Source: Malacoraja senta
Taxonomy: Eukaryota
Length of the DNA stretch: 64,000 nucleotides
Assembly (NCBI GenBank): GCA_038087875.1
Contig: CM075989.1
Coordinates: forward strand, 21,826,001-21,890,000
Direction of reading: 5' to 3'
Shown here: positions 25,572 through 38,205 of the stretch, piece after piece
How the letters are laid out: every line of letters starts with the position of its first letter
Position numbering within the stretch: position 1 is the stretch's first letter
Notes under the pieces: model-generated
The model's database searches: none
Seen by the model: the letters and a program-made list of their open reading frames with translations, nothing else
Told to the model about the DNA's origin: nothing
Made by a program: the position numbers and the translations under genes

Positions 25572-25838
25572 ATAAGGTCATAAGGTCATGTGATAGGAGT
25601 AGAATTAGGCCATTCGGCCCATTGAGTCTACTCCGCCATTCAATCATGGCTGATCTATCTCTCCCTCCTAAACCCATTCTCCTGCCTTCTCCCCATAACC
25701 TCTGACACCCGTACTAATCAAGAATCTAACAAATTCTGCCTTAAAAATGTGCATTAACTTGGCCTCCACAGCTGTCTGTGGCAATGGATTCCAGAAATTC
25801 CTCCTCATCTCCTTTCTAAAGGTACATCCTTTTATTCT
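25572..25838 (-). mobile_element. CR1 3' end (host of the ribozyme-headed element)
   Basis: RIKGCTFRKEMRRNFWNPLPQTAVEAK...GYGEKAGEW plus UTR. Confidence 0.85.
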
Positions 25839-25892
25839 GGGGTGGGGGATGGCAACCTTCACGTGGTCCACCCTGTTTCGACTAATGCAATC
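25839..25892 (+). ncRNA. Predicted minimal HDV-like self-cleaving ribozyme
   Basis: P1 GGGGUGG/CCACCCU (7 bp, G.U at position 1); P2 GAUGGCA/UGCAAUC (6 of 7); P3 ACC/GGU; L3 UUCACGU; single P1.1 C-G; P4 reduced to U(UUCG)A; J4/2 CUAA with candidate catalytic C25882. Confidence 0.8.
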
Positions 25893-25975
25893 AACCTGAC
25901 GTGCACAAACAAGATCAAATGGAACAAGTAGATCTACAACTTTAGGCTGTGCACGCCATACGCAAGAAGAGGAAG
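25839..25975 (+). mobile_element. 137-bp short non-autonomous retroelement with (GAA)n-like tail and 13-15 bp TSD
   Basis: ATCCTTTTATTCTGG at 25826-25840 and 25976-25990; ends CAAGAAGAGGAAG; no tRNA A/B boxes; 3' stem TGACGTGCACA/TGTGCACGCCA. Confidence 0.85.
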
Positions 25976-27775
25976 ATCCTTTTATTCTGGTTATAGATAT
26001 AATCATGATAAAATATATGACTTTGGATAAATAAAAATTCCAAACTCCACTACTGGCAAAAACTTGAAAGTATTTAGGTAAATATTAGAAAGGGTGGCAT
26101 GGTGGCGCAGCGGTAGAGTTGCTGCCTTACAGCGCCAGAGACCTGGGTTTGATCCTGACTATGGGTGCAGTCTGTACGGAGTTTGTACGTTCTCCCTGTG
26201 ACCATGTGGGTTTTCACAAGGATCACCGGTTTCCTCCCACACTCCCCAGGGAAACTGAAGGGAGCGAAAATCAACTGCCACGGATACAAATAATGTCATA
26301 CACAAGAAAGGGCAGATGCTGGTTGACTAAAAGTGAACACACAGTGCTGGAGTAACACAAAGACGCAGCAGAATTTTGGAAACGCCATCCCGTCACCTGT
26401 TCCTTCTCTCCAGAGATGCTGCCTGTCCCGCTGAGTTAAAGAGTGCCCACGGTAGACTCACGAGTCACTACGGTAAACTCACGGGCTACTATGTTCTTAC
26501 ACCTGTTTCCTCCCACACTTCAAAGATGTACACGTTTGTAGTTTAATTGATTTGGTACAATTGTAAATGTGCGCAGGATAGTGTATGTGTGTGGGGATCG
26601 CTGGTTGGCACAGAATCGATGGGCCGAAGGGCCTGTTCCAGCGCGGTATCTCTAAACTAAACTAAGTTAAACAAAAACTAAACTAAACCAGACAATTGAG
26701 TTATTGGACTGTTTGCAGTAAAAATGTGTCTTTTAAGAAGTTTGTCATTCTTTTAAAGGACACTTTAAATGGAACTTTTAAGAAGTTTATCATCATTTGG
26801 ACAGGCACGTATACAGGAAAGGTTTTGACGGCTATAGATCAAAGGCAGGCAAGTGGGACTAGTGTGGATGGGGCATCTTGTTGGGCCAAAGGGCCTGTTT
26901 CCATGCTGTATGAGTCTATGACTGTGAAAACGACTAAGCAGGAACAGTACTGAAGAAACAATGGCAACTGCAGATGCTGGTTTAAACCAAAGATAGACAC
27001 AAAATGCTGGAGTAACTCAGTGGGACAGGCAGCATCTCTGGAGAGAAGGAATGGGTGACGTTTCTGGTCGAGACCCTTACTCAGAAACATGGTTATGTTC
27101 CAAGTTGGCTCACGCAGTAACAATTGATTTTTAACAAGTATCAATCCTCTTTGGATTTACATTTTGTTTTGAACCTGCGGTGCATCATTCTTCTGATGCA
27201 ATAATAACTTTGCCTTGGTTAAAATGATGATTCCGATGTCTTTAATTTAAACCTACGGATAACCGAGAGAGGTTTTCAGTTTATTTGCCTTTTAAATTAA
27301 GACCAAGTGCACGGAAATATTATGAACAGCAAATGAAATGATTTCTGGAGTTTAGAGATGGTAGTTAGGACGATATAAATAGTTGGTGTAATAAGCTGGA
27401 ACGAGTCCATTCTAAAACCATCTTCCACACACATGTGAAGATAAAAGGCTGCGAGTGGAGGAAACTCCAAATAGAGAGTGATTCCCCAGTGAGAGGTTGG
27501 TGAGCACCAGACTATGATTTGCCAAGAGATTGAAGGACAGGATGTTAACAGCAGCAGGTGTTGGACATTACTTCACCCTTGGGTGCCTGGATTTTGACAT
27601 TTGAACTTAAGCTTCTAATTTAAGACTTCACTTCAGCTCATCCATGACTGAATCAAAACCTGATCGAACTCAGACTCTGTGCTGGACCAAGGGCTTCACT
27701 TTCCATTTCCTGCCAACTTCAGTACTGAAGGATTTCTCGCTCGGATTAGAACAAGCATGGTTTGCAGAAGATTGA

Positions 27776-28225
27776 CGCAAAATGCTGGAGTAACTCAACG
27801 GGACAGGCAGCATCTCTGGAGAGAAAGAATGGGTGACGTTCTGTGGCAGAGAATTCCACAGATTCACAACTCTCTGGGTGAAAAAGTTTTTCCTCATCAC
27901 AGTCCTAAATGGCCTAACCCCTTATTCTTAATCATTCATTATTCATTCTATCCCTTATTCATTTGTTCTGTATCTCTCTGCATCATCGTCTATATCTCTC
28001 GTTTCTCTTTTTCCTGATTCTAAGTCTGAAGAAGGGTCTTAACCTGAAACGTCACCCATTCCTTCTCTCCAGGGATGCTGCCTGACCCGTTGAGTTACTG
28101 TAGGAATGAAATTTCGTTCAAGCCTAGGCTTGAATGACAATAAACAGCATTCAATTCAATTCAATTCAATTCCAGCAGTTTGTGTCTATCTTCGGTTTAA
28201 ACCAGCATCTGGAGTTCGATCCTAC
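27776..28225. mobile_element. Penelope-derived inverted pair with nested CR1 piece and a 70-bp LINE tail
   Basis: Minus arm 27776-27840, CR1 fragment about 27841-27930, plus arm to about 28225, interrupted at about 28100-28170. Confidence 0.7.
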
Positions 28226-31200
28226 AGATATTTCTGTGCACAGTCTGACTCTTTCCTTGCGACTTTATAATAACTAGTTTTGCCAGCTTCTAAGGTCGGC
28301 ACGGTGGTGTAGCGGTAGAGTTGCTGCCTTACAGCACCAGAGACCGGGGTTCAATCCTGACTATGGATACTTGTCTGTACGGAGTTTGTACTTTCTCCCC
28401 ATCACCTGCGTGGGTTTTCTCCAGATCCCCGGTTTCCTCCCACACTCCAAAGCCGTACATGTTTGTAGGTTAATTGGCTTGGTGTAAATGTAAAATTGTC
28501 CCTAGGACCTCTACACTAGTGTGTGACACCTCTCTTTCTTTGCTGTTGAATCATTCCATTGCTGTTTCATTGACTGGCTGATGGTGAGATCAATAGCTAA
28601 GGATTCTTAGCCCACCGACTAGCTTGTCACTCAGAGGTATGGAGTAGGGGCCACACCAATCCTAGTGGCCACCAACGAGGCACACCACAGAATACAGAGA
28701 ACCCGAAGGTCCACCTGCAGTTTTGACAATTTATCTGCAAAACCTGGGCGAGAGATTCTGCAGACACTCTAAATTAAAATATTACGCAGTTAGGTGAAAG
28801 ACACCTTCAGGTGGCGGCATGGTGGTGCAGCGGTAGATTTGCTGTCTTAGAGCGCCAGAGACACGGGTTTGATCATGACTACAGGTGCTAGCTCGTAGGG
28901 CCGAATGGCCTACACCTGCACCTATTGTCTATTGTCTATTGTCTGTTCCTCCCACACTCGAAATATGTCCAAGTTTGTAACTTAACTAGCTTTGGTAAAA
29001 ATTTCGAAATTGTTCCAAGTGTGCACGATAGTGTTAGTGTACGGCGTGCTCGCTGGTCGGCACGGACTCGGTGGGCCGAAGGGCCTGTTATCGTGCTGCA
29101 TCCCCACAGTCTAAAATCTAAAGTCTAAAGAAGTGTCCCGACCCGAAACGTCACACACCCTTTTTCCTCCAGAGATGCTGCCTGACCTGCTGAGTTACTC
29201 CAGCACTCTGTGTCTATCTTAGGTATAAACCAGCATCTGCAGCTCTTGTTTCTATAAGAAAGATAAGCTACCGTAAGCTTCTGAAGGTGTTGAACTTCCA
29301 TCAAAAGTGGCCTCTTCTGATACAACTGAAAAGATCATCCGTTTGAAATATTAATTCTACCTGACTACCTGAGTATTTCTAGCATTTTATGCTTTTATTC
29401 AAGGCCAACCAATTCTGATTCCAAGTAATGTGTGTGTATGATTCTGGTTATTTCCTCTATTGATTTTTTTTTCTAGGAAGCAACATTACACCACACTTCA
29501 TAGAAAGCCACTAGGTTCAGCCTTGTTCTTCATGTCGAAAAGCAATCTATCAAAGCGACAAGACACAGAATTTCTCAATGAGTTTTGAACCGTTGTTACA
29601 CTTTTCCTGCTCAGTAGTTTTTAGTTGAGTTGAGTTGAGAAATACAACGTTGAAACAGGCCCTTCGGCCCACCGGACGCCACCGACCAGCGATCCCTGCA
29701 CATTAACACTATCCTACACACTCTAGGGACAATTAACACGCATACCAAGCCAATTAACCGACAAACCTGCACGTCTTTGGATTGTGGGAGGAAACCAAAG
29801 ATCTCGGAGAAAACTCACGCGGTGATGGAGAGAGCGTGCAAACTCCATACAGACAGCACCCCTCGGGGGGATCGAACCTGGAAGCGTTGTAATGCAGCAA
29901 CTCTACCGCTGCGCCACCATGCCGCCCTCATAGTAATAAAGTCATACAGCATGGAAACAGGTCCTTTGGTCTACCACGATGCTCCATCTATACTAGTCCC
30001 ACCTGCCTGCATTTGATCCATATCCTTCTAAACCTTTCCTATCCATGCGCCTGTCCAAATGTCCTTTTTACAGGACATTTAAAAGAATTATAAACTTCTT
30101 AAAAGTTCCTTTGAAAGCGTCCTGGAATAGATGATAAACCCCTTAAAAGAATGGTCCTTGGCTGGTTATATATCCAACAAAAGCACGTGCGATTTAAGGC
30201 AAGTATGGTAAATATGAAAATAAATGCGAGCTGCATATGTTTGGGCCAAAGGATTATTTGTTACAATGTTACTGTCAATGTTAGAGCTAGATAGGTCTCT
30301 TAAAGATAGCGGAGTCAGGGGATATGGGGAGAAAGCAGGAACGGGGTATTGATTGTGGATGATCAGCAATGATCACAGTGAATGGCGGTGCTGGCTCAAA
30401 GGGCCAAATGGCCTACTCCTGTCTATTATACTATTTGTCTATTATACTATTTGTTAATGTGCACTATGCATCTTCGGTGGCAGTCCATAAGACTGGTCTT
30501 ATTCTTGGGACAAGAGTGTTGTCGTTGTCCTATCACCACTTGCTGAAGGCATTAACTCTAAATAAATCCAACGAGGTCTGAAGAAGGGTCCCGACCTGAA
30601 ACGTCACCCGTCTGAAATACAACATTGATGCAAAAACAAAGTGCTTAAAATTCTGGAAATCTGAACTAAAAAGAGTGATGGAAATACCTATAAAGTCAGG
30701 CAGCAACTGCAAAGAAAGAAGTGTCCCGAACCGAAACGTCACCCATCATTTTCCTCCTGGGGTGCTGCCTGTCCCGCCGAGTTTCTCCAGCATTTTGTGT
30801 CTATCTTCAATGTCATTATCAGATCAGTTTCCCTCAGCAGTGGTTTGCGATGGCATCCTGCAGTTTCACAAGAGTTGGGCGCAGCAAAACTTTTGCACCA
30901 CAAACATTCGGCATCTACATCGTTCCACTGACTTCCAAAAGGAATATCCCTTTTCCAGGATATGCAACCATCCATGAAGCAAAGGCTGGCACAGGAAGGC
31001 TTTGCTTTACTGCGATACATTTTTTTTTTGTTTGTTCAACTGATGTTTTCCATGTGTGGAAGGGAAAAGCAAAGATAATTTTAAAGATGCAGAGAGCATG
31101 TTTTATTCAACATATTAATATTCTTTGAATGTACAGGACTTCTCATGGCACCAAGTAACAAGAGAACAAGGAATAATATTTGCGCAGTTAATATGTGTAT

Positions 31201-31267
31201 ATTTATGCATTTTCCGAGATGCTATTTTGCACTGAGTGATTCTGCCAAGTCAGTCGAGTTCAGTTCC

Positions 31268-31410
31268 CCCGAGGTTGAGCTGAAGCTATGTAATGCTGGT
31301 CAGACTGCACCTGGAGCACTTAGTTCTGGTCGACCTGACATGAGACATCCATCCACGCCCCTTGAGACGTTGCAATGGAGAGCAAAGAGGCTGATCCCAG
31401 GTGTTGGAGA
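31268..31410 (+). mobile_element. Highly diverged (old) CR1 RT fragment
   Basis: CTGGTCAGACTGCACCTGGAGCAC...GTTCTGGTCG...AGAGGCTGATCCCAGG resembles LVRPHLEY..QFWSP...RLIPG. Confidence 0.55.
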
Positions 31411-31635
31411 GGGAGATAGGAAGAGCTAGTAATAAAAGTAGGGATCAAGAGCCTGGAAAATAATGTCTCCAAAGGGGATTCCCTTTCAGGATGCATGGAG
31501 CGCTTGATGTGATGGAGCCATTGAACCTTAGGCAATACTGCTGATTGTCAAGGTTTAGTTTAGTTTAGATTAGAGATACAGCGCAGGAAACAGGCCCTTT
31601 GCTCCCCCCCCCCCCACCCTTCCCACAACCCTGTG

Positions 31636-31855
31636 TCACACAATGCTGGAGTAACTCAGCGGGACAGGCAGCATCTCTGGTGAGAAGGAATGTGTGAGTG
31701 TTCAGGTCGAGACCCTTCCTCAGACAGAGGAGTCTGAAGAAGGGTCTCGACCCATAACGTCACCCATTCCTTCTCTCCAGAGATGCTGCCTGTCCCGCTG
31801 AGTTACTTCAGCATTGTGTGTCTACCTTCGGTTTAAACCAGCATCTGCAGTTCCA
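31636..31855. mobile_element. Penelope-derived inverted pair
   Basis: Arms about 31636-31726 (-) and 31732-31855 (+) meet at the hammerhead-like motif. A similar pair lies at 32116-32287. Confidence 0.8.
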
Positions 31856-33130
31856 TTGTGCTCCCATTGTTGTCTCTGGACATTGTTAATGACATCCATG
31901 GGCACATCATACAGAGAGGGTCAAGGGCAAACATCCTCAAGCCTTCTCATGACTCACAACAAACCTTCATGTGTTTAATCACTGCCTGGGTTTTTGATAA
32001 CATTCTTTCACCAGCATATAAAAATGCACCACATGTTACTAATTCCAGATCATGTGTGTGAACTGCTAAATATTCATGATAGATGACAGCTTACTATTAG
32101 ACGAAGAAAGATGCTAAATGCTGGAGTAACTCAGCAGGTCAGGCAGCATCTGTGGAGAACATGGGTAGGTGACGTTACGGGTTGGGACCCTTCTTCAGGC
32201 TGATCAATCTGAGGAAGAGTCCCAACCAGACACGTCACCTATCCATGTTCACCACAGATGCTGCCTGACCTGCTGAGTTACTCCAGCCGTATGTAACTTT
32301 TTATCAACAAAAAAAGACTTCTTCATTGCCTTACTGAAGCCAACAAGCTCTAATTTTGTTCTGGTGGCTGTTCTTCCCATATATATTTTCTTTATTTTAC
32401 TCTATTGAATCATTTTTCGACTTTTCAAAAAAAAAAAAAATCAGTTGAATCTGTCCTCTTCTGAACTCAAGCTTGTATATTATGGCCTCAAAGCTTAATC
32501 CCTTAAAGCCTTGGATAATTCATGTGATTCAGCACTTAGACACCAAAACCTTTCCCCCTAATGTGGTTATTCATCAGAATTTGCCATGTATGTTTACAAT
32601 TCTTTAAGGGGACAGGAAAAGACTATGTTATGAAAGCCAAACATTGCTGTTAATAGTAATATTTCCGCAATAACTCATTCCAGACTACTAACGGTCATGG
32701 CAGCTCATAACATGCGAGAAAATGCATAAATATGCAAATATAAATTGTACATGTATCTCTTTCTGAATCTTTTGCCTACTGACAAACATTTGGAACAGAT
32801 TATCACAATATTACTCTGTGTCAGGCTACATTGGAAACCTTGATAAAGCGTTAGACAGTCTGGATCTCTCCACATTATTCAAACATTGTACTTGCCTTGC
32901 CGATGGAACAAGACAAATGTTTTTTTCTCTCTCATGAAACCTATTGAAACATTCAGACGGCATAGACTGTAAAATAATTTGACCCGAAGCAATGTCCTTC
33001 AGAAAGAATGAAAGCAAATTCAGATCTTTCATCCTTTGCGAATCTGTTTCTTGAATTAAATAATGAGCACAGTGAACAACTCAATAACGCCAACAACTTG
33101 CACTTGCACAACACTGCATTTCACAAGAGG

Positions 33131-33745
33131 AGGGCACGGTGGCGCAGAGTTGCTGCCTCACAGCACCAGAGACCCGGGTTCGATCCTGACTATGGGTGCT
33201 GTTTGTACAGAGTCTGTACGTTCTCCCGTTGGGGGAGTCCAGAACCAGCGGCCACAGTTTAAGAATAAGGAGTAAGCCATTTAGAACGGAGACGAGGAAA
33301 CACTTTTTCTCACAGAGAGTGGTGAGTCTGTGGAATTCTCTGTCTCACAGGGCGGTGGAGGCGGGTTCTCTGGATGTTTTCAAGAGAGAGCTAGATAGGG
33401 CTCTTAAAAATAGCGGAGTCAGGGGATATGGGGAGAAGGCAGGAACGGGGTACTGATTGTGGATGATCAGTCATGATCACATTGAATGGTGGTGCTGGCT
33501 CGAATGGCCGAATGGCCTACACCTGCACCTATTGTCTATTGTCTATTGTCTATTGACCACGTGGGTTTTCTCCGGTTGCTCCGGTTTCCTCCCACACTCC
33601 AAAGACGTGCAGATTTGTTTTGGTTAATGTGATTCGGTAATTTTGTAAATTGTCCATAGTGTGTGTAGGGTAGTGTTAGTGTACAGGGTGATCGCTGGTC
33701 GGTGCAGACCGGGCAGGCCGACAGGCCTAAAGTCTAAAGTCTAAA
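33131..33745 (+). mobile_element. V-SINE interrupted by CR1 3' end (about 33229-33556)
   Basis: SINE reads ...GTTCTCCCGT | CR1 (LGESRT.GHSL...GYGEKAGTGY, (CTATTGT)n) | GACCACGTGGG... Confidence 0.9.
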
Positions 33746-34149
33746 TTATAACAGATCAAAATTTGACAATACGCATACCTCCAGAGTCAAGGACAGGACA
33801 AAGTGTGTCAGGTGATCATTGGTGAGGAGGGGGGGAGGGGGAGTGGTTAGTGGTTAGGCAGATGGTGGGAACAAAGGCCAGAGATAAGAAAGGAAGGTGT
33901 GAAACAGGATTGAAGAGTGGCGATCGTGATGGTAGAGGAATGAAAGTAGTGGCAGGGGGTGGGGGGAGGAGAAATAGATGGGAGACCAGGTGGGGCATGG
34001 GGAAGGGGGGGGGAGCAGGAAGAAAGGTGGGGTGGGGGAGTAACGGGGGTGTTTGGGTGGCTTATTATAGGGTTAACTAAAATTGGTGAATTCATTGGTT
34101 GTAAGCTACCCAAGCAGAATACGAGGTGCTGTTCCTCCAGTTTGCATGT

Positions 34150-34455
34150 AGCACAGTGACACAGTGGTAGAGCTACTGCCTTATAGTGGCAGAGACCAGA
34201 GTTCGATCCCGACTACGGGCGCTGTCTGTACGGAGTTTGTACGTTCTCCCCGTGACCTGCGTGGGTTTTCTCCGGGTGCTCCGGTTTTCTCCCACACTCC
34301 AAGACCTAAAGTTTTGCAGGTTAATTGACTTTGGTAAAATTGTAAATTGTCCCTAGGGTGCGATAGTGTCAGTGTGCGGGGATCGCTGGTCGGCGCGGAC
34401 TCCGTGGGCCAAAGGGCCAGTTTCCACGCTGTATCTCTAAACTAAACCAAACTGA
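34150..34455 (+). mobile_element. V-SINE, full length
   Basis: Family architecture; preceded by a minus-strand Penelope remnant (about 33800-34146, KLEEQHLVFCLGSLQP-like). Confidence 0.85.
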
Positions 34456-35238
34456 ACACTCTGGCAGAGTCCTCTCACTCTTTCTACAGAGAGAAGTAGG
34501 GAACTGGTGGAGAACAGTTACATCCGTAAGATGCCGAGGAAGGATTATGTGAAACATTGCGCCAAATACCACAGATACGTCAAGGTGTTTATTTATCTTT
34601 TATGTTTGTATACCTGATGTCAAATTCCTCATTCATTAACAAATAATAATCAATATGCCGCACAAATTGTCTTTTGAACTCTTTAACTGACAAAGATTAA
34701 TTACAAATTCTAAACAGGATACTATGCCACGTATTTAAAAAGGTTTTCCGATATCATCTTCTTTCCGGATATGTTGTATTTATAATTAGGGATGAGGTTA
34801 CAAATGAATGGGAGATGCTGAATAAAGTCATTAATTAATTTGCTGTTAAATGTTTGGGATTCATTCAACAAGACAAGATGTTTAGGAGAGATACAGTATA
34901 TATTATTATTTCAAGCAAATTACCTGTATGTATTTCCAACGTTGTAAAATATCATCATATACCTGCTTTCCTGTTTTACAGGCTCATCAATTAAAAATAA
35001 TTGCTTTACTGTTATACCTCATAGATATTTACTTTAAAAATGCAAAACAAGTGCCTGTGGCCTGAAAGCACCAAATAAGGGTTTTATTAAAACAAGACAT
35101 GCCAGACTACCTTGCCAACTGCTTTCAACAACAAACTAAGCCTGGAGTGAAATAGAGCTGGCACCAAATATCGAAAAGACAAACTATGTCTCTTCTATCC
35201 AAGCTATGTTCAAACTCTAACACATCAGCAAAAGTGAG

Positions 35239-35900
35239 GTTTAGTTTAGTTTAGTTTAGAGATACAGCGCGGAAACAGGCCCTTCGGCCCACCGAGTCCG
35301 CACCGACCAGCGATCTCCGCACATTACTAGCCATGTCCCACGGTACGAGTTCATTCCAAGAGCTCTCCCGAGTTTAAAAAAAAAAAAACTCGTGGTAAGC
35401 ACGGAGAATGAACGTAGCGGGTACGTCGGAGCTCGGGGACGTCTCTTAGCGGCTCGCAATGCTAACGGCAGGTACTCGGAAAGACTCGCTAACGGCAGGT
35501 AATCACAGGAAGACTCGTGAAGATTTTTCAACATGTTGAAAAATGTCCACGAGAGCCCCGAGTACCGACGAGTGGCCATTACCGTAAATCTCCGAGTTCG
35601 AATCAGGGCAAACTCGGGAGAGCTCTTGGAATGAACTCGTACAGTGGGACCGGGCTTTAACACCACCCTACACACACTAGGGACAATTTACATTTATACC
35701 AAGCCAATTAACCTACAAACCTGTAGGTGTTTGGATCATGGGAGAAAACCCAAGATCTTGGAGAAAACCCACGCGGGTCACGGGGCCTTTAAGGAGTACA
35801 AACTCCTTAAAGGCAGCACCCCTGTAGTCTCTGAACGAACCCGGGTCTCTGGCGCTGCAAGCGCTGTAAGGCGGCAACTCTACCGCTGTGCCACCATCGC
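35239..35900 (-). mobile_element. V-SINE interrupted by a MITE
   Basis: SINE halves at 35239-35327 and 35658-35900. Confidence 0.85.
35328..35657. mobile_element. Harbinger/PIF-like MITE, about 330 bp
   Basis: About 48-bp terminal inverted repeats (GTCCCACGGTACGAGTTCATTCCAAGAGCTCTCCCGAGTTT / AAACTCGGGAGAGCTCTTGGAATGAACTCGTACAGTGGGAC); 3-bp TAC/TAA flanks; non-coding. Confidence 0.85.
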
Positions 35901-37891
35901 CCATGGTGGTTTGTTGAAAGATTCTGGAGTAATTTAAAGCTGAATTTCCTAAGGTACTGCGCACCCAATTAGGCTGTGTACTAATGTACACAACATTCAT
36001 TCCTTCTATCCAGAGATGCTGCCTGTCCCGCTGAGTTACTCCAGCATTTTGTGTCTATCTTCGGTTAAAACCAGCATCTGCAGTTCCCTCCTACACACTA
36101 TGATTTTTTAATTACTTTGTTCTCAGTGACAACATCAAGACTGCGCCTCGATCCGAAACGTCACCTATTCCTTCTCTCCAGAGATGCTGCCTGTCCCGCT
36201 GAGTTACTCCAGCATTTTGTGTAGTTCTTCTTAAGATCTTGACTGAAATTGGAAGCGGAACGAGCCCGTCGTGCCAAGAGTTTACTTTTGATGGAGTGAT
36301 GACGAATCACATTATAACAATGGGATTAGCAAATGAAAAGTCCTTTTAAAAAACTTGCTGTAATTCACAAAGAGAGTGGTAGAGCTGCTGCCTCAGAGAG
36401 CCAGAGACCCAGGTTCAATCCGTACCTCGAGTGTTGTCTGGGTCAACTTTGCACATTCTCCCTGTGACCACGTGGGTTTCTTCCAGGTGCTTCGGTTTTC
36501 TCCCACATCCCAAAGACATGAGGGTTTGCAGGTTAATTGGCCCAATTGCGTAGGGAGTTGATGAGAAACCGGGATAACATAGAACTGGTGTGAATGGATG
36601 ATCGATGATGGGCTTGGACTCAGTGACCCATTGTGGTATGGATGCTTGTTTCGGTGGTGTATCTCTAAAACAAACCAAACACATAAAATAAAGTGTTATA
36701 ATGAAATTTCAGTTTTTTTTATTTTTTAGTTTTAGAGATACAGCGCGGAAACAGGCCCTTCTGCCCACCGAGTCTACACCGACCAGCGATCCCCACACAT
36801 CAATGCTATCCTACACTAGGGGCGGTGGTGCAGCGGTAGAGTTGCTGCCTTACAGCAAAATGCAGCGCTGGAGACCCGAGTTCGATCCCGACTACGGGCG
36901 CTGTCTGTACGGAGTTTGTACGTTCTCCCCGTGACCTGCGTGGGTTTTCGCCGAGATCTTGGGTTTCCTCCCACACTCCAAAGACGTGCAGGTTTGTAGG
37001 TTAATTGGCTTGATAAATGTAATCATAGAAACATAGAAACATAGAAACATAGAAATTAGGTGCAGGAGTAGGCCATTTGGCCCTTCGAGCCTGCACCGCC
37101 ATTCAATATGATCATGGCTGATCATCCAACTTTAAATGGAGGGTTGGTTGAGGAATCATCTATCATGAATGACATCCACATTCAAGGCTGGCTGGTGAAA
37201 CAGTAGAGGCCAATTGGAAAGGTGTGTGTGTGTGTGTGTGTGTGGTGGGGGGGAGTGGTGGTGAGAAACATTAGTGTTTTAAGCCAAATACTTGTCTCAA
37301 TAACTTGCCAAAATAACAAAACCCATTTCTCTAACCATTGTCCAGTGTAAAATTGTGCAACTTCCAGTATCGTCCCAGGTGGACTCTTCGGCAGGTGCAA
37401 GGTAAAAGGTACAAGGGACAATTTTTAAATTTATACCAAACCAATTTACCTGCAAACGTGTGTGTCTGACAACTGTAACAATGAAGGAGTGCTGGTTTGC
37501 TGGAGGCATCGCCTTTGAGATGAGAGGCTGAGTTGACAATCAAGCTACCCATTTCAGACCATTCTTATTTGAAGTAAAGGTGATCAGCTTGCTGAAATAA
37601 AACAGAGAATACTGCAAAATTCTCAGTGGAACAGGCAACATCACTGTAGATAGAAGTGAGTTAACATTTCACATGAATCACCTTGGCTAAGAAGTACAAA
37701 GTAACAAAGATAAAAATGGTTTAAAACAAAAGCCATGTCCTCTGGTATTGCACCATAATATTACTATTATTGTTATTGGTTTATTGATTATTATATATTT
37801 ATTTGCTTGTTATTGTGTTAATGGACCTGTTCAGCTGTAGCAAGTAAGAAGATTACTGTTGTGTTAGCGTTGCATATGATTAATGGGGTTA

Positions 37892-38205
37892 CACAATGGT
37901 GCAGTGGTCGAGCTGCTGCCTTACAGCGCCAGAGACCCAGATTCGACCTCGACTACGGGTGCTGTCTGTACGGAGTTTGCACGCTCTCCCCGTGACCTGC
38001 GTGGGTTTTCTCCAGATCTCCGGTTTCATTCCACACTCCAAGCACGTACAGGTTTGTAGGTTAATTGGCTTGGTACAACTGTAAATCGTCCCTAATGTGT
38101 GTAGGATAGTGTTAGTGTGCAGGGATCGCTGGTCAGCATGGACTTGGTGGGCCAAAGGGCCTGTTTCCACGCTGTATCTCCAAGCTAAACTAAACTAAAA
38201 CTAAA
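37892..38205 (+). mobile_element. V-SINE, full length
   Basis: Family architecture. Confidence 0.85.

Noticed and set aside
34490..34583. Possible plus-strand exon (RSRELVENSYIRKMPRKDYVKHCAKYHRYVK)
   Set aside because: The acceptor is plausible but the donors are weak and the peptide is unrecognised; it cannot be linked to other exons.
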